Virus record (IMG/VR): IMGVR_UViG_3300038673_000510
Location: 32,001-96,000 of that record
Origin: a virus
Taxonomy: Duplodnaviria > Caudoviricetes
Direction: 5' to 3' (one strand)
DNA: 64,000 bases
Below are positions 31,162-41,768 of the stretch, in pieces. Positions within the stretch are counted from its first letter, which is position 1, and each line of letters opens with the position of its first letter. The notes beneath the pieces are model-generated. The model was given only the letters and a program-made list of their open reading frames with translations, ran no database searches and had not been told where the DNA came from. A program made the translations under genes and the position numbers.

Positions 31162-33285
31162 ATGGCAGATACATTAAACGGTAATGATTTTAGAGAATAT
31201 CGAGACCTCTTTGGAAGTCCCATTCAACAGCAAGCAACCGCTTCAGATGGAACAAAAGCAGAAATAGATATTCTACTTAAAAAAATTGATCGTAAGTTAA
31301 AACGTTTTACACAATCTGATAGTGAACTTATTGGTCAACCAGATTATACAATAAGTCCAAGAGAACTAATTCCTATATCTATTTTTAATAATGATGATGA
31401 TTTAAACGCATTAGGCGGTTCTTCGTCTAAAAAACTAATGAATGACCTGGCTAAAATAGAACAGGAAAAAGCATTCAGATTAACTCGTTATAAAAGACTT
31501 CATAAAACTATTGAATCACCTGAAGCAGAAGGTATTCTAATGGTTTATGCTGATGAAGCAACAACAGAAGATCAGCAAGGAAGTATAATTCATATTCTCC
31601 ATCCAGATAAAACAATTAAAGAAACCATTGAAGATTTATTTAGACGTTGTGATCTTGAGGATCGTTGCTGGTCTATGGTTTATAATATGTGTGGTTTTGG
31701 AGATGAGTTCTATGATGTTATTCCAGCTTTGTCAGCTGATAGAATTGCAAAAATAGAATGGATTCCAAGAGATCAAATTGAACGTGTCGAAATAAACAAT
31801 ATTCTTCAGGGCTTTAGAACTGTTGATAAAAATTTAGATAATCAAGAACAAAGCGCTCTTTATACTACTTATAAATATGTAAATACTGATCAAGACACAG
31901 AAGAAAATGATCCAGTTAAAAATGCTGAAGGATTAATACACCCATTTAGAATTTTACATTTTAGAATACCATCCGATAAATATAAACCATATGGAAAGTC
32001 TGTTCTTGATAGCATTATATCTCCAGTAGAACAATTAAATCTTATGATAAAAGCTATGTTAATTGCTCGTGTAAGTAGAGCACCAGAACGTAGAATATTT
32101 CATATTGATGTTGGCAATTTACAAGGAGAACCTGCTATTAAGTATGCTTATGATGCGGTAAATTTTCTTAAAAAGAAAAAACAACTAAGCGCAGTTGGAA
32201 ATAGCGGTGGAACTACGCCAGATATGGTTCGTGATAGTTTTGGGGCCACTGAAGATATAGTAATTCCTAAGCGTGCAGGAACAGAGGGAAATTCAATTGA
32301 TACACTTCCATCTGCAAACGGCTTAGATCAAATCGGTGACATTGAATTCTTAAATAATAGAATTTTTCCATCAACAGGAGTACCAAGAGAATATCTTTAT
32401 GATACACAATTTGCATTTGCAAATACCACTCTTAGTTCTAAATCTGTTATTTTCGCTAAACGTGTAAGACGTGTTCAGCGTTTCTTTTTAAGTCAACTAT
32501 ATAAGCTGGTTGCTATAGAATTAAAACTTCGTGGTTTTTCTAATGAACAAATAAACGATGTTACTCTTATGATGAATAATCCATCTAATATTGATGATAA
32601 AGAAAAAAATGAAGTTGACACGGGAATGTGGTCACTTATTAGTACCATAAAAGGAAGCAACACTGATGGTATTTTTTATCCAGATTACTTAATTTATAAA
32701 AATTATATGAAAATGGATGATGAAGAAATTGTAGAACTTCTTAAACTTGCGCAATTACAAGCCGCTGGAGAAAATATATTTAAGTTTCTTCCTGAAGAAG
32801 ATAGACCCGAAAGTGCAAAAGATCTTGGTAATAATCCTGGAACTAATGTAAATATGGGAGGGCCAGGTGGTGGTGGTGGCGGCGGAATTCCTATGGGAGG
32901 AGGAGCGCCATTAGGCGGTACCGAAAATCCAGAAGGCGGAGAAGGAACCGAAGGCGGAGAAGGAGAATTACCACCAGAGGCTAAAGGTGCTCTTGGTGAG
33001 CCAGAAGAATCAGTTGTTGATGATATTAATCCATTAAAAAATCAAGATTTATTTCTTGAGGCAATTGAGAATAAAGTAAAACTAATTAAAAAATTTCAAG
33101 AAGAACAAGCAAAAATTTTTGAAGAAGTTCAAAAGACCAGTGAAGCTCATATGTATAAGAAAAAAAGAACTATTCTGCATAATATGAATCTTTCTTATCT
33201 TGAAGAAACTGGTGAGCTTGATGGAATTGAAAATATTTTGGCTGTTAAAAACGATGCTTTTTTAGAAAGTGAAGAAGAAAAATAA
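31162..33285 (+). CDS. portal protein (T4 gp20-like)
   Basis: YADEAT, PYGKSVLD, ARVSRAPERRIFHIDVGNL, EDIVIP, IDTLP. Confidence 0.93.
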   Translation: MADTLNGNDFREYRDLFGSPIQQQATASDGTKAEIDILLKKIDRKLKRFTQSDSELIGQPDYTISPRELIPISIFNNDDDLNALGGSSSKKLMNDLAKIEQEKAFRLTRYKRLHKTIESPEAEGILMVYADEATTEDQQGSIIHILHPDKTIKETIEDLFRRCDLEDRCWSMVYNMCGFGDEFYDVIPALSADRIAKIEWIPRDQIERVEINNILQGFRTVDKNLDNQEQSALYTTYKYVNTDQDTEENDPVKNAEGLIHPFRILHFRIPSDKYKPYGKSVLDSIISPVEQLNLMIKAMLIARVSRAPERRIFHIDVGNLQGEPAIKYAYDAVNFLKKKKQLSAVGNSGGTTPDMVRDSFGATEDIVIPKRAGTEGNSIDTLPSANGLDQIGDIEFLNNRIFPSTGVPREYLYDTQFAFANTTLSSKSVIFAKRVRRVQRFFLSQLYKLVAIELKLRGFSNEQINDVTLMMNNPSNIDDKEKNEVDTGMWSLISTIKGSNTDGIFYPDYLIYKNYMKMDDEEIVELLKLAQLQAAGENIFKFLPEEDRPESAKDLGNNPGTNVNMGGPGGGGGGGIPMGGGAPLGGTENPEGGEGTEGGEGELPPEAKGALGEPEESVVDDINPLKNQDLFLEAIENKVKLIKKFQEEQAKIFEEVQKTSEAHMYKKKRTILHNMNLSYLEETGELDGIENILAVKNDAFLESEEEK

Positions 33286-33344
33286 TTATTTTTTTACTAA
33301 AAAAGTAATATATAAGTAATGACAATTCGGAGGAATATATATTC

Positions 33345-34604
33345 ATGAACGCAATAAAAAAAGTAACTACTATAAAAAATACTATAAATGAACTTGGCGG
33401 AACATTTGTATCATTAGTTAATGAAAACGAAGTTCTTGTTAAAGATAAAAACAATGCTGTTTGGCAAATTCCATTTATAGAATCTACAGAGAGTTATGTT
33501 TTTGATGGTACAAAAGCAACCAAAGTTCAGAAAGGAAGAATACAGCAAGATCCAATTAAAACTAATACCGCTAAACTTCGTAAAGGTATTACTAACATTT
33601 TTAAAACAGATAATTATGATGAAGCTATTTCTACTTTAAAATCTGTAATTAAAAATCTGCCTTATATAGAAGCTGAACAACCTCAAAAATGTGAAGAAAC
33701 TCTTGAAGGTGGAAAAAAATGTACTGGAACTATTATAGCTGGCAAATGTACAAACGCTAATTGTCCAAGTAATGCAAAAGATAAAAAAGTATTAGAAAAA
33801 AATGAATTTAATTCTGTTACTGACGGTGCAAAAAAAATGGACGAAATGTTTGCTGAATTCAATAAATCAAGTTATCTGTTTGATGAATCCGGCGATATTA
33901 ATCTTAATGCTGCAATTACTCCAATGACAACTTTTTCAAGAGCATTTTTAATGAACGATACAGATGTGTTCTTAGAAAAAATTGGACAATACAAAAAAAT
34001 TAAACAATTAGTATCAAGTACATTAGAATCAGCCGTAACTGATGAAATTTTTTCGGTATTAGATTGGTCGGAAAATTTTGATACTGCTCTTGCAAAGGCA
34101 CTTACAATTATAAAAACACGTAAAGAAAGCATTAATATTCTTGAAACTCGTAAAGTAATTACAGATGCAATTAAGGCAGTTTATAACGAAGAAGTTGATA
34201 TGACAAAAGCTGCTCCATGGATTTATAATTTGGTGACACCAAATGAAACAGATAATAGTGTTCCATTTTTAAAATTTAGAACTGGTGCTTATACATATGA
34301 ATCTTTAAAACTTATGTCTGCTGAATTAGACAAAGCTCTTGGTGCTAAAGATTTAACAGTTGAAGAACTTGAAAAACTTGGAAATTATAGAATGATTGTA
34401 GAATATATGTTACAATCGAAACAAATAAACGATCATGTGCTTACATCGATGGTTGAAGAATTTAATAAATTGTTTGTTAAAACTGATGAACAATATAAAG
34501 AATGTCCACTTGGCTGGAGAAGTAGAGACGAACAAATGCAAGGATGGACGAAAGGTTTTGCAAGTGCAATTGACAGGAATTTAACGGCAACAAAGGGAGC
34601 ATAA
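33345..34604 (+). CDS. hypothetical head-module protein with a Cys4 insert
   Basis: GGAGG SD; position between portal and protease. Confidence 0.6.
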   Translation: MNAIKKVTTIKNTINELGGTFVSLVNENEVLVKDKNNAVWQIPFIESTESYVFDGTKATKVQKGRIQQDPIKTNTAKLRKGITNIFKTDNYDEAISTLKSVIKNLPYIEAEQPQKCEETLEGGKKCTGTIIAGKCTNANCPSNAKDKKVLEKNEFNSVTDGAKKMDEMFAEFNKSSYLFDESGDINLNAAITPMTTFSRAFLMNDTDVFLEKIGQYKKIKQLVSSTLESAVTDEIFSVLDWSENFDTALAKALTIIKTRKESINILETRKVITDAIKAVYNEEVDMTKAAPWIYNLVTPNETDNSVPFLKFRTGAYTYESLKLMSAELDKALGAKDLTVEELEKLGNYRMIVEYMLQSKQINDHVLTSMVEEFNKLFVKTDEQYKECPLGWRSRDEQMQGWTKGFASAIDRNLTATKGA

Positions 34605-34841
34605 AAATGGCGGTCAGATTTCCAAACCATTATATTTAGATTATAACGTTCCCAATAAACTACATGCAGATCAATCGCTGGTAACAGCGATTGAAGCGTT
34701 AAATAATATTGTTGAAATCAATAATGCTACTTATAATATCTTCAAAGAAATAGATGACATAATCGATATGAAACATCAATTACAAAAATTCGTTATACTA
34801 CTATGATATAAGGAAATTTTATAATTTAGGGATATTAAATT

Positions 34842-35069
34842 ATGAATCGCAATGACGAACAAAAAGAAAAGCGTCGTCATCAATATGTGTACGGAGATAG
34901 TATAGAAGAAATATATACTAATTTACAAAATGCTCGTGATGCTGTATTAAATGCAATTGCTGGTGGGAAAGATTTATTAGAAATTACAGAACTCAGAAAT
35001 ATTCGTAACAAATTAGATAGAATATTGGAAATTTATAGAGATGGACGCAACAATAAAATTGAGGATTAA
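34842..35069 (+). CDS. hypothetical protein
   Basis: ORF track. Confidence 0.55.
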   Translation: MNRNDEQKEKRRHQYVYGDSIEEIYTNLQNARDAVLNAIAGGKDLLEITELRNIRNKLDRILEIYRDGRNNKIED

Positions 35070-35071
35070 TT

Positions 35072-35740
35072 ATGGAACAGTTTAAAACAATATATATATC
35101 AGAAGCTTTTGTACCTGACAAATTTGGGTTTACAGAAGAAATTATTGGAGAAGATGCTACCGGTCCTATTAAAGCTCTTATTCTTGAGGGAGAATTCCAG
35201 CGTGCTGAAGCACCTAATCGAAATAAAAGAGTTTATTCTGAAAGTCTTCTTTCACGTGAAACAAACAAACTACAGCAGTTTATTAAAGAGAGAAATGGAC
35301 TTTTAATGGGCATGGACCATCCACTTCCAGGTGATAATGAACAAGCTATGACGCTTATTCAAAGAATGGGTATGTCTGAAAGTTGTGGATTATGTAAACA
35401 TCTTGAAATGGCTAATAAAGTTGTTTATGGTAAAGCACAAATTCTTGAAGGCGACCATGGTCATGGTGATAAACTTGCTGCTATGATAAGAGCAAAATTT
35501 AAGCCTGGAGTAAGTTCTCGCGGTATTGGTGGTAAAGCTTCATATCATACTTCTGAAGGATATGTGTATGTTCCTGAAGATTATAATATGATTACATATG
35601 ACTTTGTATCTCAACCAAGTACATATAACGCTATTCTTTCACAAAGATTTAATGAAGAACTTCAGTATTTTGAAAATTCTTTAAAACAATACACAAGAAC
35701 TATGTGGTCTGTATTAACAGATATAAAAAGTAAATATTAA
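35072..35740 (+). CDS. prohead core protease (T4 gp21-like)
   Basis: EGEFQRAE.PNRNKRVYS, GMDHP, GVSSRGIG, YDFVSQPS. Confidence 0.93.
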   Translation: MEQFKTIYISEAFVPDKFGFTEEIIGEDATGPIKALILEGEFQRAEAPNRNKRVYSESLLSRETNKLQQFIKERNGLLMGMDHPLPGDNEQAMTLIQRMGMSESCGLCKHLEMANKVVYGKAQILEGDHGHGDKLAAMIRAKFKPGVSSRGIGGKASYHTSEGYVYVPEDYNMITYDFVSQPSTYNAILSQRFNEELQYFENSLKQYTRTMWSVLTDIKSKY

Positions 35741-36148
35741 TTGGAGTATAATATGCAAACCAAATATACTGATGAACAAATAAAAAGATTATTCGCTCGT
35801 AATGATATTTCTATTCTTGAACAAGCTGCGCATATTGCTGCTTCTAAATCAAATAAAAAAGCAATTAATGAAGAAGATGAACAATCAGATAAAGAAACCG
35901 ATGATTTTGATAATGATGATGATCTCGATAGTATAGTTGATGCTGCAGCAACATTAATGGATCAGTTAAGAGAACCTTGTGGTGAAATAGCAGATATATT
36001 AGTATCACAAGACTCAAGTGTTATTAATGCTTTAATCGATCATCTTGAAGATACAGGTAGTGGTTTTGAAGATACCGACGAACCACGTGATAGTGAAGCA
36101 TTTAGGTTAATGAAAATCGTTTTAAAATCTTTTTATTCAAGAAATTAA
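35741..36148 (+). CDS. acidic hypothetical head-module protein
   Basis: ILEQ, INEEDE; position. Confidence 0.55.
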   Translation: MEYNMQTKYTDEQIKRLFARNDISILEQAAHIAASKSNKKAINEEDEQSDKETDDFDNDDDLDSIVDAAATLMDQLREPCGEIADILVSQDSSVINALIDHLEDTGSGFEDTDEPRDSEAFRLMKIVLKSFYSRN

Positions 36149-36185
36149 AAAAAGTTAAAAAAAAGTAAAAAAAATTTTATTTTTA

Positions 36186-36194
36186 TGTAATATA
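36186..36194 (+). promoter_or_regulatory. candidate late-promoter motif TGTAATATA
   Basis: Same 9-mer in intergenic DNA at 39522, 47164, 53612, 56331. Confidence 0.5.
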
Positions 36195-36219
36195 AAAGTG
36201 TTATGAAATTGGAGGAACA

Positions 36220-37137
36220 ATGAAAATTCCAGAAATATTAAGCCAGATAAATCTTAATGAAGAACAAATACAAGCTCTTGACACATTCTTTAAAGAGTGG
36301 ACTGAAGAAATTAAGACTTCTGTTATAAATGAAGGTGCAATCCCTGAAGGCTATATAAAGAAAGAAGATGGTGAAAAAGCATTTAATCTTTATACACAAG
36401 ATGCTGAAAAGGCTTTTGAACTTTTTAAAGAAGACAGTGAGAAGGCTTTTGAGCTTGCTAAACAAGATTGGCAAGAAGAGTTTAATGGTATTCTTGAAGC
36501 TAAACAGAATCAGTATACCGAAGCTATGGCAAAGGCAATGCAAGATATATATGAAGAAATAGAAGTTAGAGTAAAAAATGACTTTATGGTTTCTGAAGAA
36601 TATAAAGCATTCCAAAAAGTAAAAGATGCTATTGTTCCTGTTGTTATTTCTGAGAGTCAAAAAGAAATACTCGATAAAATAAAAACAGTAGAAGAAAAAG
36701 AAGCTGTTCTTGAGGCTAATGAAAGAGAACTTTCTAAGAATGTAGCTATTAATACTTTACTTCAAGATTTTCCACAGGAATATGTAGAAACTGTTAAAAA
36801 GTTTATTTCTAAGGCAAGTACTGAAGCTGAAGTATATGAAAGATTTAATACAATTGTAGAAATGGTAGATAAGGGACTTATCAATAAAAATGGTAAAGCT
36901 ACAACTGTAAATGAAGATGTTGAGCCTGCTACTAAAGCGACGTTCAGACGTAAAGTACAGCAATCACAGCAAGCTGCGAAAGAAGTAAAAGCAAACAAGC
37001 AAACTGCGCAGCCTGTTTTTGAATCTGCAACTGGAAAAGAAACTAAACCTGCTCCTGATAAATCTAAGGGAAAACCTGGATTAACCGATTGGGAACGCAC
37101 AGTAATTGGTTTAGCGTTTCCTCAGCAGACTATATAA
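36220..37137 (+). CDS. prohead scaffold (T4 gp22-like)
   Basis: Glu-rich coiled coil directly upstream of the MCP. Confidence 0.75.
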   Translation: MKIPEILSQINLNEEQIQALDTFFKEWTEEIKTSVINEGAIPEGYIKKEDGEKAFNLYTQDAEKAFELFKEDSEKAFELAKQDWQEEFNGILEAKQNQYTEAMAKAMQDIYEEIEVRVKNDFMVSEEYKAFQKVKDAIVPVVISESQKEILDKIKTVEEKEAVLEANERELSKNVAINTLLQDFPQEYVETVKKFISKASTEAEVYERFNTIVEMVDKGLINKNGKATTVNEDVEPATKATFRRKVQQSQQAAKEVKANKQTAQPVFESATGKETKPAPDKSKGKPGLTDWERTVIGLAFPQQTI

Positions 37138-37168
37138 ATAAAATAAACGGAATTGGAGGATTAAGTTC

Positions 37169-38749
37169 ATGTATTATAATGAAGCTTATGAATTAAGAAA
37201 ACAAGAAGAAGATAAGCTCTTCAAAAAATGGGAAGAAGCTCTGAACATAGATGGTGGTGTAAGAGACGAACACATGGCTCGTACTACAGCTATATGTCTC
37301 GAAAACTATATGTCATATCTTCATGGAAACCCACATTTAGTGGCTGAAGATCAGATTCAGACAAACGCATTCACAGGAGTTAACCTTGCTCTATTAGGTC
37401 TTATTGCTCGTGTTATTCCTACTCTTGTTGGTGCTGAACTTGTAGGTATTCAAGCGCTTCCTACACCTAAGTCTCCTATCTTCACAATGAGATGGTATTA
37501 CTCAAATAACAAAGGTCAGACACGTAAAGGTGATGAACTTTGGAAATCTCCTACAGATTTCTCAAGATTCCCAGTAGGTCTTGATGCAAATTACTCTTCA
37601 CAGATTATCGTTGAAGACGTTGCTACTGGTGCAGCAGAACACTTACTTGAATTTGGTAACACTAATGATAACATTCGTGCGACTAAGCCTTTCATCTTTG
37701 CTGGTTCTATGTACATCACTGCTTTTAATGCAGAAACAAAAGATGTTGTTATCGAAGGTTATGTACCTGGTGCTTATATGACAGCTGGTACTTCAGTTGC
37801 TTTCTCAGTTGTTCGTGCAGTTGAAACTGGACATGACGCTCTTATTACAGGTCTTACATTCGCAAACACAGGTGGCGTTCTTGGAATTACTGGAACACGT
37901 GCTGCTTCTGTAACTATTGGCGGTTCAACAGTTGCTCTTAACTGGCGCCTAAAATATGAATACAAAGGTGAAGCTGATCCTAACGCTCCTGAACTTAACT
38001 TTGAAATCACAGATGAAACTGTTGAAGTTATCAGACGTCAGTTAAGAGGAAAATATACAATGGACGCAGCTTATGACCTACAGAAGTTACATGGTCTTAA
38101 TGTTGATGCTGAGCTTACTAACATGATGAAAATCGAGTTACAAGCTGAGATCAACCGCGAAATTGTTGCTGACCTTCGTGCTATGGCTGCAATCGTTAAA
38201 ACTCTTGACTTCAATACTGTTGGTGATGGTGCTACTGGTATAACAATCCGTGGAAACTACGATGATGCTCACAAGATTCTTCTTGATAGTATCAACACAA
38301 TGTCTGCTGAAGTATTCAACATTGGTCGTTTAGGAAAAGCTAACTTCGTACTTGGAAATCCAACTACTCTTGCTTTCCTTGATCGTGTACCTGGATTCGT
38401 TGGTGCTGGTGTAAATTACAACGGTAAAGAACTTGGTTATGCTGGTTCACTTGGTGGAAAAATGAAATTCTACATCGATCCTAACTATCCTAAGAATGAA
38501 CTTCTTATAGGTTACAAAGGACCAGGTGCTCTTGATACTGGATATATCCATGCTCCTTATCTTCCTATCATTGCTACTCCTACGATGATTAACCAGGAAA
38601 CTGGAGACCCATCGAAGATCTTCTACACAAGATATGGTAAAACATATAATATGTATGGACCTACAGGACCAAGTAATAAAATTTTGATGGGGGAATATCA
38701 ATATGCTCGTCTTATCCTCAAGAATTTCCCAACAAGTTTAACATTCTAA
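37169..38749 (+). CDS. major capsid protein (T4 gp23-like)
   Basis: ELVGIQALPTP, RRQLRGKYT..AAYDLQKLHGLN..AEL, AEINREI, GYIHAPY, TRYG; strong codon bias. Confidence 0.96.
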   Translation: MYYNEAYELRKQEEDKLFKKWEEALNIDGGVRDEHMARTTAICLENYMSYLHGNPHLVAEDQIQTNAFTGVNLALLGLIARVIPTLVGAELVGIQALPTPKSPIFTMRWYYSNNKGQTRKGDELWKSPTDFSRFPVGLDANYSSQIIVEDVATGAAEHLLEFGNTNDNIRATKPFIFAGSMYITAFNAETKDVVIEGYVPGAYMTAGTSVAFSVVRAVETGHDALITGLTFANTGGVLGITGTRAASVTIGGSTVALNWRLKYEYKGEADPNAPELNFEITDETVEVIRRQLRGKYTMDAAYDLQKLHGLNVDAELTNMMKIELQAEINREIVADLRAMAAIVKTLDFNTVGDGATGITIRGNYDDAHKILLDSINTMSAEVFNIGRLGKANFVLGNPTTLAFLDRVPGFVGAGVNYNGKELGYAGSLGGKMKFYIDPNYPKNELLIGYKGPGALDTGYIHAPYLPIIATPTMINQETGDPSKIFYTRYGKTYNMYGPTGPSNKILMGEYQYARLILKNFPTSLTF

Positions 38750-38775
38750 TAGAAGCTTAAAATAGAAATAATAAG

Positions 38776-38808
38776 AAATGGAACCAATTTTTTGGTTCCA
38801 TTTTTTTT
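38776..38808 (+). terminator. intrinsic terminator after MCP
   Basis: aaatggaaccaa-tttt-ttggttccattt followed by T run. Confidence 0.85.
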
Positions 38809-38843
38809 GCTTTTTTAGTATAATAAATTAAAGAGGCAAAAAA

Positions 38844-39455
38844 ATGGAATATATAGTATATAAAATAACAAATAAAGTAAACAATAAAATTTATATAGGG
38901 CTTACAAATAATTTTCAAAAAAGAAAACAAGGACACCTAAGTGATTGTTTTAATGAAAAATCTAAACGATACAATCATTTAATATATAGAGCAATAAGAA
39001 AGTATGGATTAGAAAATTTTCAGTGGGATATATTAAAAACTTATCCAGATAGAAAATCTATGGAACTTGGAGAAAAGTATTATATAGCTTATTATGAAAG
39101 TAACAATAAAAATAATGGATATAACTGTACTATAGGTGGTGACGGTGGACCAATTCGATTAGGTATGAAAACTTCCGAAGAAACTAAAAAGAAAATTAGT
39201 CTATCATGTAAAGGTAAAGTAATATCTGAAGAACAGAAGAAACAAATTTCTGAAACATTAAAAGGTAGAAAGCCATCAAATAATACTATTATAGCAAATA
39301 GTAGACCTATTAAAAATATAGTTACTGGTGAAATGTTTATATCAGTAAAAGAAGCTTATGAAAAAGACCAAGTTAGCAAAAGTACTATTTTTAGAATTTT
39401 AAATGGTAAACAAGATAAAGATTATAAGCACAATTATGTGTATCAATATATGTAG
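38844..39455 (+). CDS. free-standing GIY-YIG homing endonuclease (NUMOD-type tail)
   Basis: IVYKITNKVNNKIYIG, GYNCTIGG, SEETKKKIS. Confidence 0.9.
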   Translation: MEYIVYKITNKVNNKIYIGLTNNFQKRKQGHLSDCFNEKSKRYNHLIYRAIRKYGLENFQWDILKTYPDRKSMELGEKYYIAYYESNNKNNGYNCTIGGDGGPIRLGMKTSEETKKKISLSCKGKVISEEQKKQISETLKGRKPSNNTIIANSRPIKNIVTGEMFISVKEAYEKDQVSKSTIFRILNGKQDKDYKHNYVYQYM

Positions 39456-39481
39456 AAATTAACGTAGAATAAAATAAAAAG

Positions 39482-39511
39482 AAAAGGACCTAAAAAATTA
39501 GGTCCTTTTTT
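39482..39511 (+). terminator. intrinsic terminator
   Basis: aaaaggacctaa-aaaa-ttaggtcctttt followed by T run. Confidence 0.85.
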
Positions 39512-39564
39512 ATTTGTTCTCTGTAATATAATAGCATATATTATAGATGAGGATTTATTTGATT

Positions 39565-40242
39565 ATGTTTAAAACTTACCTTGAATATTTGACACGTAAA
39601 GAAAGAAGTATTGCTGCTAATAATGGACAGACCAACCTTACTCAAATAAATAAAGTGACCGCGAGAGAGGATGATAAGCTTCCAGAATGGTGGTATAGTA
39701 ATTTTTATACTACTCCCGAACATGTGACAACTAAAAAAGAATATATAGATTATTATTCAGATAAAATTAGTGAGGTTACTCCCAATACTGATTATAAAAA
39801 AATAAGAAAGAGAGTAATAGTCGTTCCACAGGGTAAAGCTTATTGTGGGGATTCAAATGAAGTAATACATAATCCTATAATTGGATATATGATGTGCCTT
39901 GGATTAATTCCTATGACTATTGATCTTTCAGATTATCAATGGACTTATGAGCCGGTTGAGGCTAAAAATCTTTTAGCACTTGAAATTGCAGCCTATGGGT
40001 CATATCAATCAGAAATATATTTTTCGGAAAGTTATAATCCTTATACTTTGAAAGATATTAAAAAAATTATTAATCGACACTATAATGAAGTTTTAAAAAA
40101 ATTATTTAATATCACTACAGATGATATTCAGTTTATGGATCACCATTTAGAAGAATTAGAAAATGATGATGAAGATGATCCAGCTTACGATGACGATGAC
40201 GATGTTTTTGCTTATTATGATAATCCATTTGAAGAGAGTTAA
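39565..40242 (+). CDS. NGQTNL paralog family, YLE-leader protein with acidic tail
   Basis: MFKTYLEYLTRKERSIAANNGQTNL; GAGGA SD supports start 39565. Confidence 0.7.
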   Translation: MFKTYLEYLTRKERSIAANNGQTNLTQINKVTAREDDKLPEWWYSNFYTTPEHVTTKKEYIDYYSDKISEVTPNTDYKKIRKRVIVVPQGKAYCGDSNEVIHNPIIGYMMCLGLIPMTIDLSDYQWTYEPVEAKNLLALEIAAYGSYQSEIYFSESYNPYTLKDIKKIINRHYNEVLKKLFNITTDDIQFMDHHLEELENDDEDDPAYDDDDDVFAYYDNPFEES

Positions 40243-40276
40243 ATTATGAAAAAAACATTAGATTTTTATTTAGAGA
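39978..40276 (+). repeat. Block A, copy 1 (copy 2 at 43311-43610)
   Basis: About 300 bp near-identical; one substitution and A7 vs A8 seen. Confidence 0.95.
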
Positions 40277-40641
40277 TGATATTTCAAAAAGATAATAAAG
40301 ATTTTACTAAAAATTTTAAGTATTCGGCAAAACTCGAGACAATAGAAAGACATTTATTTGGTGATTATCTTTATATATTGTCTGAAAAAGTTGAAAATAA
40401 AGTTCCATATAAATATAAATGGAAAAAAGCAAAATCAAGAAAAGATTCAGATAAATATAATCAGTATAGAATCATAGTTGACTCAGCAACTGGCGAACCT
40501 GTTGTAAGATACGAATGGGCTACTTCAATCTTTGAATCTGATATTCCTAAAGAACAATTTTTTAAAGAAATAAAAGATTTTGTACAAGAAGAAAAAATAA
40601 AATTAAAAAGGTTAATGGATACAATGTTTCCTAAATATTAA
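40246..40641 (+). CDS. YLE-leader hypothetical protein (copy 1)
   Basis: MKKTLDFYLE-MIFQKD... Confidence 0.7.
   Translation: MKKTLDFYLEMIFQKDNKDFTKNFKYSAKLETIERHLFGDYLYILSEKVENKVPYKYKWKKAKSRKDSDKYNQYRIIVDSATGEPVVRYEWATSIFESDIPKEQFFKEIKDFVQEEKIKLKRLMDTMFPKY
40267..40641 (+). repeat. Block B, copy 1 (copy 2 at 42937-43311)
   Basis: 375-bp direct repeat; translated products identical from YLE onward. Confidence 0.95.
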
Positions 40642-40642
40642 T

Positions 40643-41014
40643 ATGTTAAAAATATATTTAGAAAATATATCACAAGAACGTTGGCAGGAATATATAGAAA
40701 GAATACCGATGCTTAAAGCTGGTGTTGAGGTACTTCATAAACTTGAAAAATTTGGTGAAGCATATATAGTTGGTGGCGCAGTTCGTGATATAGTTTCAGG
40801 TACTAAAGAGCCACATGATATAGATATAGCAACTAATGTGCCAATGGAAGTAATTGCTAAAATTTTTGGTAATGATAAAATCAATGATATAGGTGCCTCA
40901 AAAGATTTTGGAATAATTACTTTACAGTATAAAGGCTTTAATTATGAAATAGCTCAATTTAGATCGGAATCTTATGTTGAACCAGATTATGTACAAAGAA
41001 TAATAGAGGAATAA
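40643..41014 (+). CDS. cca: CCA-adding tRNA nucleotidyltransferase, N-terminal fragment
   Basis: AYIVGGAVRD...HDIDIATN (motif A), KDFGII, YEIAQFRSE. Confidence 0.9.
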   Translation: MLKIYLENISQERWQEYIERIPMLKAGVEVLHKLEKFGEAYIVGGAVRDIVSGTKEPHDIDIATNVPMEVIAKIFGNDKINDIGASKDFGIITLQYKGFNYEIAQFRSESYVEPDYVQRIIEE

Positions 41015-41015
41015 A

Positions 41016-41768
41016 ATGTACGGATATGTTTATAAAACAACGAACTTGATAAATAATAAAATTTATATAGGACAAAAGGTTTCTTCGAAATTTTTGTTAT
41101 CATATTATGGTTCTGGTGTAATTTTGAAACGTGCACTTAAAAAATATGGAAAGGATAATTTTTTAATTGAAATGCTATGTGAATGTGATTCTCAAAATGA
41201 TTTAGATTCTAAGGAAATTTTATTTATTGATAAATATAAAAATGAACATAATGAACAATGTTATAATATTGCCTCCGGTTCTAAATTTGGTGGTAATCAA
41301 ATGAAATATGCTACTAACGAAAAAATTCAAGAAAAAAATCAAAAAATTAGTATTGCTAATAAAGGAAAAAAAGCTTGGAATAGGGGTTTAACCATTAATG
41401 ATCCAAGAGTTAAATTGTATGCCGATAAACATAAGGGTTTTACTTATTCAGAGGCATCTTTAGAAAAAATGTCTATAAGTGCAAAAATTAGAGCTAATAA
41501 ACCAGAAAATGTTAATAGGATGAAAAATAATAATCCGGCGCAAAATCCTATTATTGCAGAAAAAATTAGTAAATCATTACAAGGTAAAATGGTATTAGAT
41601 AAAAATCCTAACTGGAATACTTTAGATGAAAATAAAATTAAGGAAATGTATTTTGCTGGATATAAAATTAAAGATATAGCTAATTATTTTGAAGTTGGGA
41701 CTCAATCGATTACCAGAAGAATAAAAAAATTAAAATTAGCAAAAAGATTAAGGAGTTCTTTAATATGA
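41016..41768 (+). mobile_element. GIY-YIG (Seg-like) homing endonuclease inserted within cca
   Basis: GYVYKTTNLINNKIYIGQ, YYGSG, CYNIASG; C-terminal HTH-like segment. Confidence 0.92.
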